Below, in pieces: positions 26,777 to 36,135 of a stretch of DNA of 48,709 nucleotides. This DNA is from Flavobacteriales bacterium (GTDB taxonomy: Bacteria > Bacteroidota > Bacteroidia > Flavobacteriales > UBA1820). The stretch covers positions 1 through 48,709 of the forward strand of contig JAFYKQ010000097.1 in NCBI GenBank assembly GCA_017537565.1, in the 5' to 3' direction. The notes beneath the pieces are model-generated. The model was not told the origin of the DNA and made no database searches. It saw only the letters and a program-made list of their open reading frames with translations. How positions within the stretch are numbered: the first letter of the stretch is position 1; each line of letters starts with the position of its first letter. A program made the position numbers and the translations under genes.

Positions 26777-28228
26777 ATGAAACAACTATTTTTCTTTTAC
26801 ATCATTTTTTCTTTTTCTTATCAATATCTTTACAGTCAAGATACCACTTTTTACTATCCAGATGGAAAAGTATCATCTACTGGAAGATTGGTTAATAATC
26901 TACCAGATGGTTACTGGAAGACATATTATAAGAACGGTGTTTTGCGTAGCGAAGGCAATCGTGTGGAGCATAAACTGGACGGACTATGGGTATTTTATGA
27001 TACTACAGGTAGGAAAGAAAAAGAAATTATTTATGATATGGGATTAAAAGATGGTGATGAAACTTATTACAAAGAAGGGATTTTGGAAAAAAAGATACCA
27101 TACGTTAAAAACATTCGTCAAGGTATATCTTATACATTTTATCCCACAGGTAAAATATCACGACGTGACACCTATGCCAATGACCGTATAATAGGCGTTT
27201 CTATGCTTTATGATACATTGGGTGTAGTTACATCTCTTATTACTTATAGAGATGGTGTGAGTGAAAAAATACAACGTGTCAATCGTACAGATAGAATGGG
27301 TGAAAAACAAGGCCTATGGGTATGGTTCTATGATGACACATCTATGATAGAACATCAGGGTATATATAGTCGTGGAAAAAGACACGGTATTTTTAAGTAT
27401 TATGATAGGAAAGGACGGCTTTTAAGGAGTGAGAAATATATAGATGACCTACTGCAAGAAAAAGCCTTGGAAACATCATCTATAGAGATAAAACGTACCT
27501 ACTATGATAATGGAAAAATAAAGACCTATGAAAGTCATCGTATGGGGATAAATGACGGCATATCTATGTATTATTCTGCTGATGAAAAAGTAGATAGCAT
27601 ACTCATATATAGTGATGGAAAAATAGTAGAGAGAGGCACTGGTATGACAGCAGACGGATTAAAAGAAGGTGTGTGGGAAACATATTTGCCATCGGGTGAA
27701 AAATTATCTATGGGTAGTTATAAAGAAGGTAAAAAAATAGGCGAATGGACTTATTTTTATCCAGATGGAAATATAGAAAGTAAGGGTGTTTATGTAAATG
27801 GGTTACGTGACGGGAATTGGATATGGTATTATGATAATGGAGGTGTTTTAAGACAAGAGAGTTATGTGTATGGAAAGAGCGAAGGTGAGAGTATTTCTTA
27901 TGATATGACAGGAAATATTATATCCAAAGGACTGTATGAAGCAGGAGAGAGAACAGGTGATTGGTATTTTATAAATGGAGACACCAGGGATTATGGTAAA
28001 TATCTGGAAGGTAAAAAAGAAGGTGAATGGCGTCAGGAAGATATTAAAACAGGTAAAATAGTCTTTAAGTGTGTATATAGAGAAGGCAGTATGAATGGTG
28101 TATGTAATTTTTATTATATAGATGGACGTAAACGTGCCGATGGATATTTTATAGATAACCAGCGTAGCGGTAAATGGACATTTTATGATGAAAAATCAAA
28201 TGTCATAACAGTGGTTGAATATAAATAA
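26777..28228 (+). CDS. secreted MORN-variant repeat protein (YwqK-like repeats)
   Basis: A signal peptide is followed by more than 15 repeats of the G.W..YY.NG....G.Y..G...G.W type (for example DGYWKTYYKNGVLRSEGNRVEHKLDGLWVFYD). The gene is visibly more AT-rich than its neighbours. Confidence 0.75.
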   Translation: MKQLFFFYIIFSFSYQYLYSQDTTFYYPDGKVSSTGRLVNNLPDGYWKTYYKNGVLRSEGNRVEHKLDGLWVFYDTTGRKEKEIIYDMGLKDGDETYYKEGILEKKIPYVKNIRQGISYTFYPTGKISRRDTYANDRIIGVSMLYDTLGVVTSLITYRDGVSEKIQRVNRTDRMGEKQGLWVWFYDDTSMIEHQGIYSRGKRHGIFKYYDRKGRLLRSEKYIDDLLQEKALETSSIEIKRTYYDNGKIKTYESHRMGINDGISMYYSADEKVDSILIYSDGKIVERGTGMTADGLKEGVWETYLPSGEKLSMGSYKEGKKIGEWTYFYPDGNIESKGVYVNGLRDGNWIWYYDNGGVLRQESYVYGKSEGESISYDMTGNIISKGLYEAGERTGDWYFINGDTRDYGKYLEGKKEGEWRQEDIKTGKIVFKCVYREGSMNGVCNFYYIDGRKRADGYFIDNQRSGKWTFYDEKSNVITVVEYK

Positions 28229-28283
28229 ATATATTCACTTATAGGATATAAATAGGGTAAAAATAGACTAATTATACAGGTTG

Positions 28284-30125
28284 TTATACTAGTATTGAAG
28301 CTTTGGGATATATCATATCTGGTTCTTGTCTTATGCTGCGTATAAGTGCAAAACCAAATGTAAGCATACCTATACGTCCACAGAACATAGATATGATGAT
28401 AACCACTTTGCTGGCAGTTGTAAGCTGTGGTGTTATACCAGTGGAAAGCCCCGTAGTAGCAAATGCCGATACTTGTTCAAATACAAGATTTATTATATCA
28501 ACACCTGGTTGTGTAAATGTAAGAATGATGGTACCTGCCACTACAAAACACAATGAAAATAAAAGTATGGTCATAGAGCGGAATATAACGCTCTGTGGGA
28601 TTTCTTGATGAGATAGGTTAAGGCGGTTTTTACCTTTTACTGTATTGATGGCTTGCAGTACTAGTACGCTTATGGTAGTAGTCTTGATACCACCACCGGT
28701 AGATACTGGCGAAGCACCTATGAACATCAGTATTATAAAAATGATAAGAGTAGGTATGTTCATCACCCCAAAATCCATACTATTAAAACCAGATGTACGT
28801 GTTGTAGCACTTTGAAGGAAAGACATAACCATACTTTCTCCCCACGTCATATCCTTTAATGAACCGTTCCATTCAAATAAAGTAAAGAAGAACATACCTA
28901 CACCTATCAGTATAAGTGTCGTATAGATACATACTTTGGTATTGAGGCTCCATTTACGGTTTATTTTATTTTTACGGCGGAACATTATATCACCAAATAT
29001 ATCCCTTATCACAGGGAAACCTATACTACCCAGTATTACCAGTATACATATCACAAATTGCAGTACATAGGCATCACTGCAATAAGGATTGGTAAGGCCA
29101 CCTGTAAACAGAGAGAATCCAGCGTTATTAAATGCCGATATAGCGTGGAAAATAGAATAATATGCTTTTTGGTAGAAATCTATAAAAGGTGTATCGTGAC
29201 TCCAGTTAAAGAATATAAGCACAGCACCTATTATTTCTATTGTAAAAGTAGATATAAAAATTTCTCGTAGCAGGCTCATACTATCTGTAAAATTGTTTGT
29301 TTCCAGAGAGTCTTTTATAAGAGCGTGTGAACGTATTCCTATGTTTTTTTTGGAAAGTATAAGGAAAAAAGATGCAAATGTTATGATATTAAGTCCACCC
29401 AACTGTATGAGCAGCATAATGATTATCTGTCCTCTTATGGTAAAAATTTCGGCTATATCCACTGTACTTAATCCCGTTACACACGATGCCGATGTAGCGG
29501 TAAATAGAGCATCTATAAATGATAATTCTACACCATCTACACTCATACGCGGTAACATAAGTAGTCCAGAACCTATCGATATGAGTATCACAAATGACAT
29601 TACAAATAGTTTTGGAGCAGACATATTCATAGATGGTAACATAGATGATGCCCGTCCTAATTCTATGACAAGAAGCAATAAGAATGAAAATTGTTCTACT
29701 ATCACAGAAAATATATGAGGATTTTCAACACCCAGTACACTTGTAAATATACTTGTAACCCATACGGGTGATGTGGCATCATATATGAGCATACATAGTA
29801 TTATGACAAGCAAAGCTCCTGCCACACGATTCTCCTTAAAGTATTTAATAGGTGAGAAACTATATATATATCCCAGAATGAATTTTATATAGTAAAATGC
29901 CAGTATAGAACGGAATACTATATGTATAAACAGGTCGTGAGAAGGTGTATTTTCATAACCGTGGTCAAATATAAGAGTAGCTATACCCAGCAGTGCAGCT
30001 ATGATACTGGTGGTATTGAGTACTTTATTTACGATATCTTTTGAGTCATAGATAAATATGTTTATCTTTTCTCTGGTGGCTCGTAAATGTTTTATGTATT
30101 TCTTTTTAAGAGCTTCAAAATCCAT
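28284..30125 (-). CDS. TrkH/KtrB-family potassium transporter with a ~170 aa N-terminal multi-TM extension
   Basis: The polytopic protein has repeated pore-loop-like segments (TATSASCVTGLST, AISAFNNAGFSLF, SATTRTSGFNS, SAFATTGLSTG). Confidence 0.82.
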   Translation of the reverse strand: MDFEALKKKYIKHLRATREKINIFIYDSKDIVNKVLNTTSIIAALLGIATLIFDHGYENTPSHDLFIHIVFRSILAFYYIKFILGYIYSFSPIKYFKENRVAGALLVIILCMLIYDATSPVWVTSIFTSVLGVENPHIFSVIVEQFSFLLLLVIELGRASSMLPSMNMSAPKLFVMSFVILISIGSGLLMLPRMSVDGVELSFIDALFTATSASCVTGLSTVDIAEIFTIRGQIIIMLLIQLGGLNIITFASFFLILSKKNIGIRSHALIKDSLETNNFTDSMSLLREIFISTFTIEIIGAVLIFFNWSHDTPFIDFYQKAYYSIFHAISAFNNAGFSLFTGGLTNPYCSDAYVLQFVICILVILGSIGFPVIRDIFGDIMFRRKNKINRKWSLNTKVCIYTTLILIGVGMFFFTLFEWNGSLKDMTWGESMVMSFLQSATTRTSGFNSMDFGVMNIPTLIIFIILMFIGASPVSTGGGIKTTTISVLVLQAINTVKGKNRLNLSHQEIPQSVIFRSMTILLFSLCFVVAGTIILTFTQPGVDIINLVFEQVSAFATTGLSTGITPQLTTASKVVIIISMFCGRIGMLTFGFALIRSIRQEPDMIYPKASILV

Positions 30126-30154
30126 TTGTATAGCTATATTTCACATTGACAAGG

Positions 30155-30162
30155 CAAATGTA
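30155..30162 (-). promoter_or_regulatory. -7 promoter box (TACATTTG on minus strand) for the TrkH-like gene
   Basis: The plus strand reads CAAATGTA, 30 nt upstream of the ATG at 30125. Confidence 0.5.
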
Positions 30163-30183
30163 CAATAATTAAGTGATATAATA

Positions 30184-30213
30184 CAAAAAGAGCATTTCTA
30201 TTGAAATGCTCTT
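30184..30213 (-). terminator. intrinsic terminator of the acyl-CoA synthetase gene
   Basis: On the minus strand, AAGAGCATTTC-AATA-GAAATGCTCTT forms an 11 bp stem followed by TTTTGTAT. Confidence 0.75.
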
Positions 30214-30233
30214 ATCTTGTGATATAAAATATT

Positions 30234-31886
30234 TTATTTGTCTTTGTTACGTATATCTATTCGGCGTATTTTACCGCTTATGGTCTTGGGTAGTTCATTT
30301 ACAAATTCCACTATTCGTGGATATTTATAAGGAGCTGTTATATTTTTGACAAAATCCTGAATTTCTTTTATGAGACCTTCACCGGCCATTTCCTTGTATT
30401 TCTGAGCCAGGACTATGGTAGCTTTTACTATCTGTCCGCGTATCTCGTCTGCCACACCTGTTATGGCACATTCCACTACGGCAGGGTGTGTCATAAGAGC
30501 ACTCTCCACTTCAAATGGTCCTATACGATATCCCGAACTCTTTATCACGTCATCGGCACGGCTTACAAACCAGAAATACCCATCACTGTCTCTTTTTGCT
30601 ACATCACCAGTATAGTAAACACCATCGTGGAAAGAACGTGCTGTCTTTTCTTTATCGCGGTAGTATTCTTTGAAAAGACCTAAAACTTTTTTACCGTGTG
30701 TACGTATTACTATCTGTCCTTCTTCGCCATCTGGAACACTACGTCCTTCGCTATCAACTATATCTACATCATACTGAGGATTACGTATACCCATACTACC
30801 GGTCTTTGGTTCTATCCAAGGATATGAAGCTATGATAAGTGTAGTTTCTGTCTGTCCAAAACCCTCCATCAGTTTTATACCGGTAAGTTCTTTCCACTGG
30901 CGATAAACCTCGGGATTGAGGGCTTCACCTGCTATGGTGCAATATTTAAGAGATGAAAGGTCATATTTTTTTACGTCTTCGCGTATCATAAAACGATACA
31001 CTGTAGGAGGTGCACAGAAAGAAGTTATATGATATTTTTCTATCATTTCCAGGACTTCTACAGGAACAAATTTTTCATAGTCATAAATAAATACACAGGC
31101 TCCAGATATCCATTGTCCGTATAGTTTGCCCCATACTGCTTTACCCCAACCTGTATCTGCCAGTGTAAAATGCAGGCTCTTCTCGTCTAGATTGTGCCAA
31201 TATTTACCAGTAATGATATGTGCCAGAGGATATGTAAAATCGTGAGCTACCATTTTGGGATTACCAGTAGTACCCGATGTAAAATACATTATCATAGTGT
31301 CGTCATTGCTGTTCACGTGTTCTGGACGTACAAATGGAGCAGCATTTTTTACACCATAGTTATAATCATACCACCCGTGAGGTACGTATGGACCTATAGA
31401 TACCCTGTACTGTACACTAGGAGAATCACCCATAGCAGCATCTATGCGGTCTGTTACTTCTTTATCTCCACAGGCTACTATCATACGTATCCCGGCAGCA
31501 TTGGCACGATAGACTATATCGTGACTCATAAGAAGGTGTGTAGCAGGGATACACACAGCACCTATTTTATGTAGAGCTATGATAGAAAACCAAAACTCAT
31601 AGTGACGTTTAAGTATAAGCATCACTCTGTCGCCTTTCTTTATACCCAATGACAGGAAAAAGGAAGCAGCACGGTCGCTTTCTCTTTTTACATCGGCAAA
31701 TGTAAATTCTATTTTTTCTTTTTTGTCGCTTATCCACAGCATAGCCTTTTTATCTGGCTCTATTTCTGCCCAAGCATCTACTACGTCATACCCGAAGTTG
31801 AAATTTTCAGGTATTTTTACCTCAAAGTTTTTCATAAAATCTTCCTGTGAGGTAAAAGAAGTCTGGCTTAAAAATTTTTCTATCAT
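30234..31886 (-). CDS. AMP-forming acyl-CoA synthetase (short/medium-chain ACS-like)
   Basis: The adenylation motifs MYFTSGTTGNPKMV, GYRIGPFEVE and the C-terminal PKTISGKIRR are present. Confidence 0.85.
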   Translation of the reverse strand: MIEKFLSQTSFTSQEDFMKNFEVKIPENFNFGYDVVDAWAEIEPDKKAMLWISDKKEKIEFTFADVKRESDRAASFFLSLGIKKGDRVMLILKRHYEFWFSIIALHKIGAVCIPATHLLMSHDIVYRANAAGIRMIVACGDKEVTDRIDAAMGDSPSVQYRVSIGPYVPHGWYDYNYGVKNAAPFVRPEHVNSNDDTMIMYFTSGTTGNPKMVAHDFTYPLAHIITGKYWHNLDEKSLHFTLADTGWGKAVWGKLYGQWISGACVFIYDYEKFVPVEVLEMIEKYHITSFCAPPTVYRFMIREDVKKYDLSSLKYCTIAGEALNPEVYRQWKELTGIKLMEGFGQTETTLIIASYPWIEPKTGSMGIRNPQYDVDIVDSEGRSVPDGEEGQIVIRTHGKKVLGLFKEYYRDKEKTARSFHDGVYYTGDVAKRDSDGYFWFVSRADDVIKSSGYRIGPFEVESALMTHPAVVECAITGVADEIRGQIVKATIVLAQKYKEMAGEGLIKEIQDFVKNITAPYKYPRIVEFVNELPKTISGKIRRIDIRNKDK

Positions 31887-31905
31887 ATAAATCTATTATA
31901 AAAAA

Positions 31906-31923
31906 TGAATGAACGTTCATTCA
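31906..31923. promoter_or_regulatory. perfect 18 bp palindrome TGAATGAAC|GTTCATTCA, candidate repressor operator at the transcription start of the acyl-CoA synthetase gene
   Basis: The palindrome is exact. It lies between the -7 box (31931-31938) and the ATG (31886). Confidence 0.55.
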
Positions 31924-31930
31924 CTGAATG

Positions 31931-31938
31931 CAAAAGTA
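31931..31938 (-). promoter_or_regulatory. -7 promoter box (TACTTTTG on minus strand) for the acyl-CoA synthetase gene
   Basis: The plus strand reads CAAAAGTA, 45 nt upstream of the ATG at 31886. Confidence 0.55.
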
Positions 31939-31983
31939 AGTTATATAAAATAAAAAAAGTGTTAAAAAATCATTATTTAACGG

Positions 31984-31997
31984 AATGAACGTTCATT
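31984..31997. promoter_or_regulatory. second copy of the operator core, AATGAAC|GTTCATT (14 bp perfect palindrome)
   Basis: It shares the core with 31906-31923. The centre-to-centre distance is 76 bp. Confidence 0.5.
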
Positions 31998-32155
31998 TTT
32001 TTTACATTGATAAAAAATGATACTCTTAAAGGAAGATAACTATGTATATGTATAGAAAAAATAGTGATAATTAATTTTTTGCACAAAAAGGGGATAATTT
32101 TATACAAAAAAGAAACATTTAGATAATTTAAGAATCATTTCTTAAATTATAAAAT

Positions 32156-32195
32156 ATATAAAAATACGCTGTAAATATTTATTTTACAGCGTATT
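32156..32195 (-). terminator. intrinsic terminator of mnmG
   Basis: A 13 bp stem (AATACGCTGTAAA / TTTACAGCGTATT) has a 7 nt loop and is followed on the minus strand by TTTTTATATATTTT. Confidence 0.75.
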
Positions 32196-32288
32196 AAATA
32201 TAAATAGTAAAATTTTATTAACATTCAGATTTTTTCACTCCACCATTTTATCACATATAATCTGGATAGAACGACTTATTTTAACATT

Positions 32289-34169
32289 TTATCTACCCAA
32301 AAATATAAGCAGTACCGAAATATCGGCTGGGCTTACTCCACTTATACGTGAAGCCTGTGCTATATTCTTTGGACGGATTTTATCTAATTTTTGGCGAGCC
32401 TCTATCGTTATAGAATTTATACGCATATAGTCAAAGTCATCTGGAATGATGACATTTTCTAGTCGAGTTATCTTATCGGCAGCATCGCGTTCTTTATCTA
32501 TATAGCCTTGGTATTTGACGTGGATTTCGGCCTGCTGTATGGCATCGGGTTTTATGTCGTTTTTCTGTATAAAATCTTCCACTCCGCGGAAGTATTCACG
32601 AGCATCGTTCATCGTGATATTTGGACGGGCAAGGATTTTGTCGGCCTTGCAACCTTGTACCATAGGAGCCGAATCTCTTTTTTCTAGAAGTACGTTACCC
32701 TCTTCTACCGTGATAGATTTTTCACGTAGGTATTCCACCAGCATACCCGATTTTTCTATCTTTTCCTCTACTCTACGCAATGCTTCATCACTCACACAAC
32801 CCATACTATGTGCCATAGGAGTAAGACGTATATCGGCATTATCACCACGTAATAGTGTACGATATTCGGCACGGGAGGTGAACATACGGTAAGGTTCTTC
32901 GGTGCCTTTGGTGATGAGGTCATCTATGAGAACGCCTATATAGGCTTCATCTCGACGCAATATAAATTCGCTTTCTCCTCTTAAACGACGTACTGCATTT
33001 ATGGCTGCTACCAGACCTTGACCAGCGGCTTCTTCATAACCGGTAGTACCGTTTATCTGCCCTGCAAAATATAGGTTTTTTACCAGTTTGGTTTCCAGTG
33101 TTGCGGTGAGCTGTGTAGGAGGGAAATAGTCGTATTCTATGGCGTAACCGGGGCGTAGCATCTTGGCATTTTCAAATCCTTTTATACGACGCAATGCCTT
33201 CATCTGTATGTCTTCGGGTAGCGAAGTAGAGAAACCGTTTATGTACATTTCTATCGTTCCCAGTCCTTCGGGTTCGACAAATACAGGGTGTGCACTCTTT
33301 TCGGCAAAACGGTTTATCTTATCCTCTACCGATGGGCAATAACGAGGACCTACTCCCTTTATTCTACCTGTAAACATAGGTGAACGGTCAAAACCTTCAC
33401 GCAATGCTTCGTGGACACTTTCATTGGTGTAGGACATATAACAGCTCACCTGTGGGAGCATTATACGTGTGTCTGAAAATGAAAAACGTGAAGGAACATC
33501 ATCGCCTTTCTGTTCTGTCATTACAGAAAAATCCAGCGAACGAGAGTCTATACGTGGCGGTGTACCGGTCTTCATACGTCCGCTTTCAAACCCCAATCCT
33601 ACCAGAGATTCGGTAAGACCTTCGGCAGCGGGTTCGGCTATACGTCCACCGCCGTATTGTTTTTCACCTATATGTATTATACCATTTAAGAATGTTCCAT
33701 TGGTAAGGATAAGGGTGCGGCATCCTATCTCTACCCCCAGCGAAGTCTTTACACCTGTTACCGTACCGCTGTTATCTACCTTTACACCTGTTACTGTATC
33801 GGCAAAAAGGTCTAGGCCGTCTGTGTGTTCCAGTTCCAAACGCCATTGTTCAGAAAAACGGTATTTGTCACACTGGGCACGGGGACTCCACATAGCGGGG
33901 CCTTTGGACATATTGAGCATTTTAAACTGTATGCCTGTCATATCTGTAACTATTCCAGAATATCCACCCAAGGCATCTATTTCGCGTACTATTTGTCCTT
34001 TGGCTATACCACCCATAGCAGGGTTACAGGACATCTGTGCTATGGAAGGTAGGTTCTGTGTGATAAGAAGTGTAGATGCTCCCATACGGGCAGCTATACG
34101 TGCGGCCTCACTACCAGCGTGTCCACCGCCTACCACTATCACATCATAGGTTGTATCAAATACTGCCAT
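32289..34169 (-). CDS. mnmG: tRNA uridine 5-carboxymethylaminomethyl modification enzyme MnmG (GidA)
   Basis: The FAD motif [14 protein letters not shown] is present, and the 626 aa protein is colinear with GidA ([36 protein letters not shown]). Confidence 0.96.
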   Translation of the reverse strand: MAVFDTTYDVIVVGGGHAGSEAARIAARMGASTLLITQNLPSIAQMSCNPAMGGIAKGQIVREIDALGGYSGIVTDMTGIQFKMLNMSKGPAMWSPRAQCDKYRFSEQWRLELEHTDGLDLFADTVTGVKVDNSGTVTGVKTSLGVEIGCRTLILTNGTFLNGIIHIGEKQYGGGRIAEPAAEGLTESLVGLGFESGRMKTGTPPRIDSRSLDFSVMTEQKGDDVPSRFSFSDTRIMLPQVSCYMSYTNESVHEALREGFDRSPMFTGRIKGVGPRYCPSVEDKINRFAEKSAHPVFVEPEGLGTIEMYINGFSTSLPEDIQMKALRRIKGFENAKMLRPGYAIEYDYFPPTQLTATLETKLVKNLYFAGQINGTTGYEEAAGQGLVAAINAVRRLRGESEFILRRDEAYIGVLIDDLITKGTEEPYRMFTSRAEYRTLLRGDNADIRLTPMAHSMGCVSDEALRRVEEKIEKSGMLVEYLREKSITVEEGNVLLEKRDSAPMVQGCKADKILARPNITMNDAREYFRGVEDFIQKNDIKPDAIQQAEIHVKYQGYIDKERDAADKITRLENVIIPDDFDYMRINSITIEARQKLDKIRPKNIAQASRISGVSPADISVLLIFLGR

Positions 34170-34192
34170 TTTTCTTTTTTCTTTTTACACTG

Positions 34193-34200
34193 CAAAAGTA
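34193..34200 (-). promoter_or_regulatory. -7 promoter box (TACTTTTG on minus strand) for mnmG
   Basis: The plus strand reads CAAAAGTA, 24 nt upstream of the ATG at 34169. Confidence 0.55.
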
Positions 34201-34238
34201 CGTTTTATGCCTTATATCCCAAACAACTTTTTTGATAT

Positions 34239-34258
34239 AAAAAAAAGAGGTGTTCCAC
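34239..34258 (-). terminator. 20 bp perfect palindrome GGTGTTCCAC|GTGGAACACC followed (minus strand) by a T-run; probable terminator of the ETF-like/nuclease/nupC/small-membrane-protein transcription unit
   Basis: The palindrome is exact. The minus-strand 3' flank is TCTTTTTTTTATATC. Confidence 0.6.
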
Positions 34259-34277
34259 GTGGAACACCCCATTTAAA

Positions 34278-34291
34278 TCACATCAATGTTC
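34278..34291. repeat. second copy of the CACGTG-core palindrome (GTTCCAC|GTGGAAC, 14 bp)
   Basis: It shares the core with 34239-34258, lies 10 nt downstream of the stop at 34301, and has no U-run of its own. Confidence 0.5.
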
Positions 34292-34300
34292 CACGTGGAA

Positions 34301-34600
34301 CTATGAATATTTTGTGTACATTAAATAAGCCAGATATAGTGCAAGGTTTATAAAAGAAAATAGTGCAGCTACCTTCTGGTAGTATTCTACCTCGCGACGA
34401 GATACCGCCTGTATAGCTATTATTATAACCTGTAACACTACCAGTATTCCTGGTGAATAAACAGCAGTGAGAGCTATGTAATTATTTACTATCACGTGAG
34501 AGAGAAAATCTGTACCCATGACGTGATTTACCCATAGCAATATGATGGATATGATGGATAGCAGATTTATACTGTTGATGTATTTATATAGTTTAATCAT
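34301..34600 (-). CDS. small three-TM membrane protein, unknown function
   Basis: The 99 aa protein has three hydrophobic helices and starts 19 nt after the nupC-like stop. Confidence 0.5.
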   Translation of the reverse strand: MIKLYKYINSINLLSIISIILLWVNHVMGTDFLSHVIVNNYIALTAVYSPGILVVLQVIIIAIQAVSRREVEYYQKVAALFSFINLALYLAYLMYTKYS

Positions 34601-34619
34601 CGTGTGTGGTTTTTAATGT

Positions 34620-36095
34620 TTAACCTATAAGCGCTCCGGCTACTGTAGCCGAAAGAAGCGAAGCAATAGTTCCTCCTATGAGAGCCTTCATACCAAACGA
34701 CGCAAGAACAGAACGTTTTTCGGGAGCCAATGCACCTATGCCTCCTATCTGTATTCCTATCGATGCAAAATTGGCAAAACCAGAAAGTATGAATGTAGCC
34801 ATAACAACAGCCTTTTGTGTTATAAAGACATTTGCAGCGTTGTATGCAGCCAGTTCTGTGTATCCCACAAATTCACTCATGATGACTTTAAGTCCCAGCA
34901 GTGAACCTACCTCGGTAGCATCGGCCCAAGGCACACCTATTATACCCATAAGAGGAGCAAATATGATACCAAGTATAGATTGAAGATTGATTACTGTAAC
35001 ACGACCATCTGTCCAGTCGGCTACCAGTGTGTCCAGTCCAACAAGTCCCGATACTGCCGATATGATGTAGTTCACAAGAGCTATAAATGCTACAAAAACC
35101 ACCAGCATTGCGGCTACATTGGCAGCCAATTTAAGACCTTCGGTAGTACCGCGAGAGATAGCGTCTAGGAAATTTGAACCTATTTTATCCATAGAGACTT
35201 GCACGTTACCATCTACTTTTTCTGTCTGTGGGCATAGAATCTTGGAAGCAACGACAGCTGCAGGTGCTGCCATTACAGATGCCATAAGCAGATTGCGAGC
35301 AAACTCCTGTCTTAGTACAGGGTCATCACCACCCAGGAAAGATATGTATGCCGCAAGAACACCTCCCGCTAGTGTTGACATACCACCGGTCATCACCAGT
35401 AGTATTTCAGAACGGTTCATACGTGCTATGTATGGTTTAATCATAAGAGGAGCTTCGGTCTGTCCCAGGAATATATTACCTGTCACCGAAAGACTCTCGG
35501 CACCAGATATACCCATAAAACGAGTCATAACGCGAGCCATACCTCCTACCACTTTCTGTATGATACCCCAGTAGAATAGTACCGATGTGAGTGCCGAAAA
35601 GAATATGATGGTAGGTAGGACTTGGAAACAGAATATGTAACCAAATTTGTTCTGGTCCATAAGCCCACCAAATATAAATTCGGCGCCTTCTTTTGAAAAG
35701 TCGAGTATCTTTACAAATCCACGGCTTATCCATTCAAATATACTACCTATAAATCCTACCTCTTGTATACCCAGAGCAATGAGTATCTGCATAGCAAGAC
35801 CTATACCCACCAGTTTCCAGGATATGGCTCGGCGGTTTTCACTCAGTGCCACCAGTATAAGCAGTAACACGGCAAGACCTATGATACCCTTTACTATCCC
35901 TCCAAATGTTATGCCTTGGCTGGGGATAAAGTTTACGGTAGGTGTAGCGGCATCTATGGCTTCTTGGGGAGCAGCGTCGGCTATCTCTATTGCGGCGGCG
36001 ATACTATCTGCCACAGGTAGAGTGTCACCTATTTCTTGTGCATTTACCAGTGTAGCAAATGCCAGTGTAAGGATAAATAAAAATGTTTTTTTCAT
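34620..36095 (-). CDS. NupC/NupG-family concentrative nucleoside transporter with an N-terminal signal and an Ala-rich extension
   Basis: The polytopic protein carries CNT-family motifs (GISGAESLSVTGNIFLGQTEAPL, MTGGMSTLAGGVLAAY, ILSGFANFASIGIQIGG). Confidence 0.85.
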   Translation of the reverse strand: MKKTFLFILTLAFATLVNAQEIGDTLPVADSIAAAIEIADAAPQEAIDAATPTVNFIPSQGITFGGIVKGIIGLAVLLLILVALSENRRAISWKLVGIGLAMQILIALGIQEVGFIGSIFEWISRGFVKILDFSKEGAEFIFGGLMDQNKFGYIFCFQVLPTIIFFSALTSVLFYWGIIQKVVGGMARVMTRFMGISGAESLSVTGNIFLGQTEAPLMIKPYIARMNRSEILLVMTGGMSTLAGGVLAAYISFLGGDDPVLRQEFARNLLMASVMAAPAAVVASKILCPQTEKVDGNVQVSMDKIGSNFLDAISRGTTEGLKLAANVAAMLVVFVAFIALVNYIISAVSGLVGLDTLVADWTDGRVTVINLQSILGIIFAPLMGIIGVPWADATEVGSLLGLKVIMSEFVGYTELAAYNAANVFITQKAVVMATFILSGFANFASIGIQIGGIGALAPEKRSVLASFGMKALIGGTIASLLSATVAGALIG

Positions 36096-36135
36096 TATGA
36101 TTATGTGTTATGATTTATATCTATAGTGTGATTAA

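Noticed and set aside
32066-32150. Three GATAATT words at ~28 bp spacing and a 12 bp hairpin (32123-32150) in the mnmG/acyl-CoA synthetase intergenic region
   Set aside because: A 7-mer made of A/T plus one G is expected repeatedly in DNA this AT-rich. The hairpin sits just downstream of the stronger mnmG terminator and needs no separate explanation.
33469-34149. 226 aa plus-strand ORF antisense to mnmG
   Set aside because: It is a shadow ORF inside a highly conserved gene, with Pro/Ser/Arg-rich composition and no signals.
35119-36126. 151 aa and 159 aa plus-strand ORFs antisense to the nupC-like gene
   Set aside because: These are shadow ORFs of a membrane-protein gene, with no independent support.
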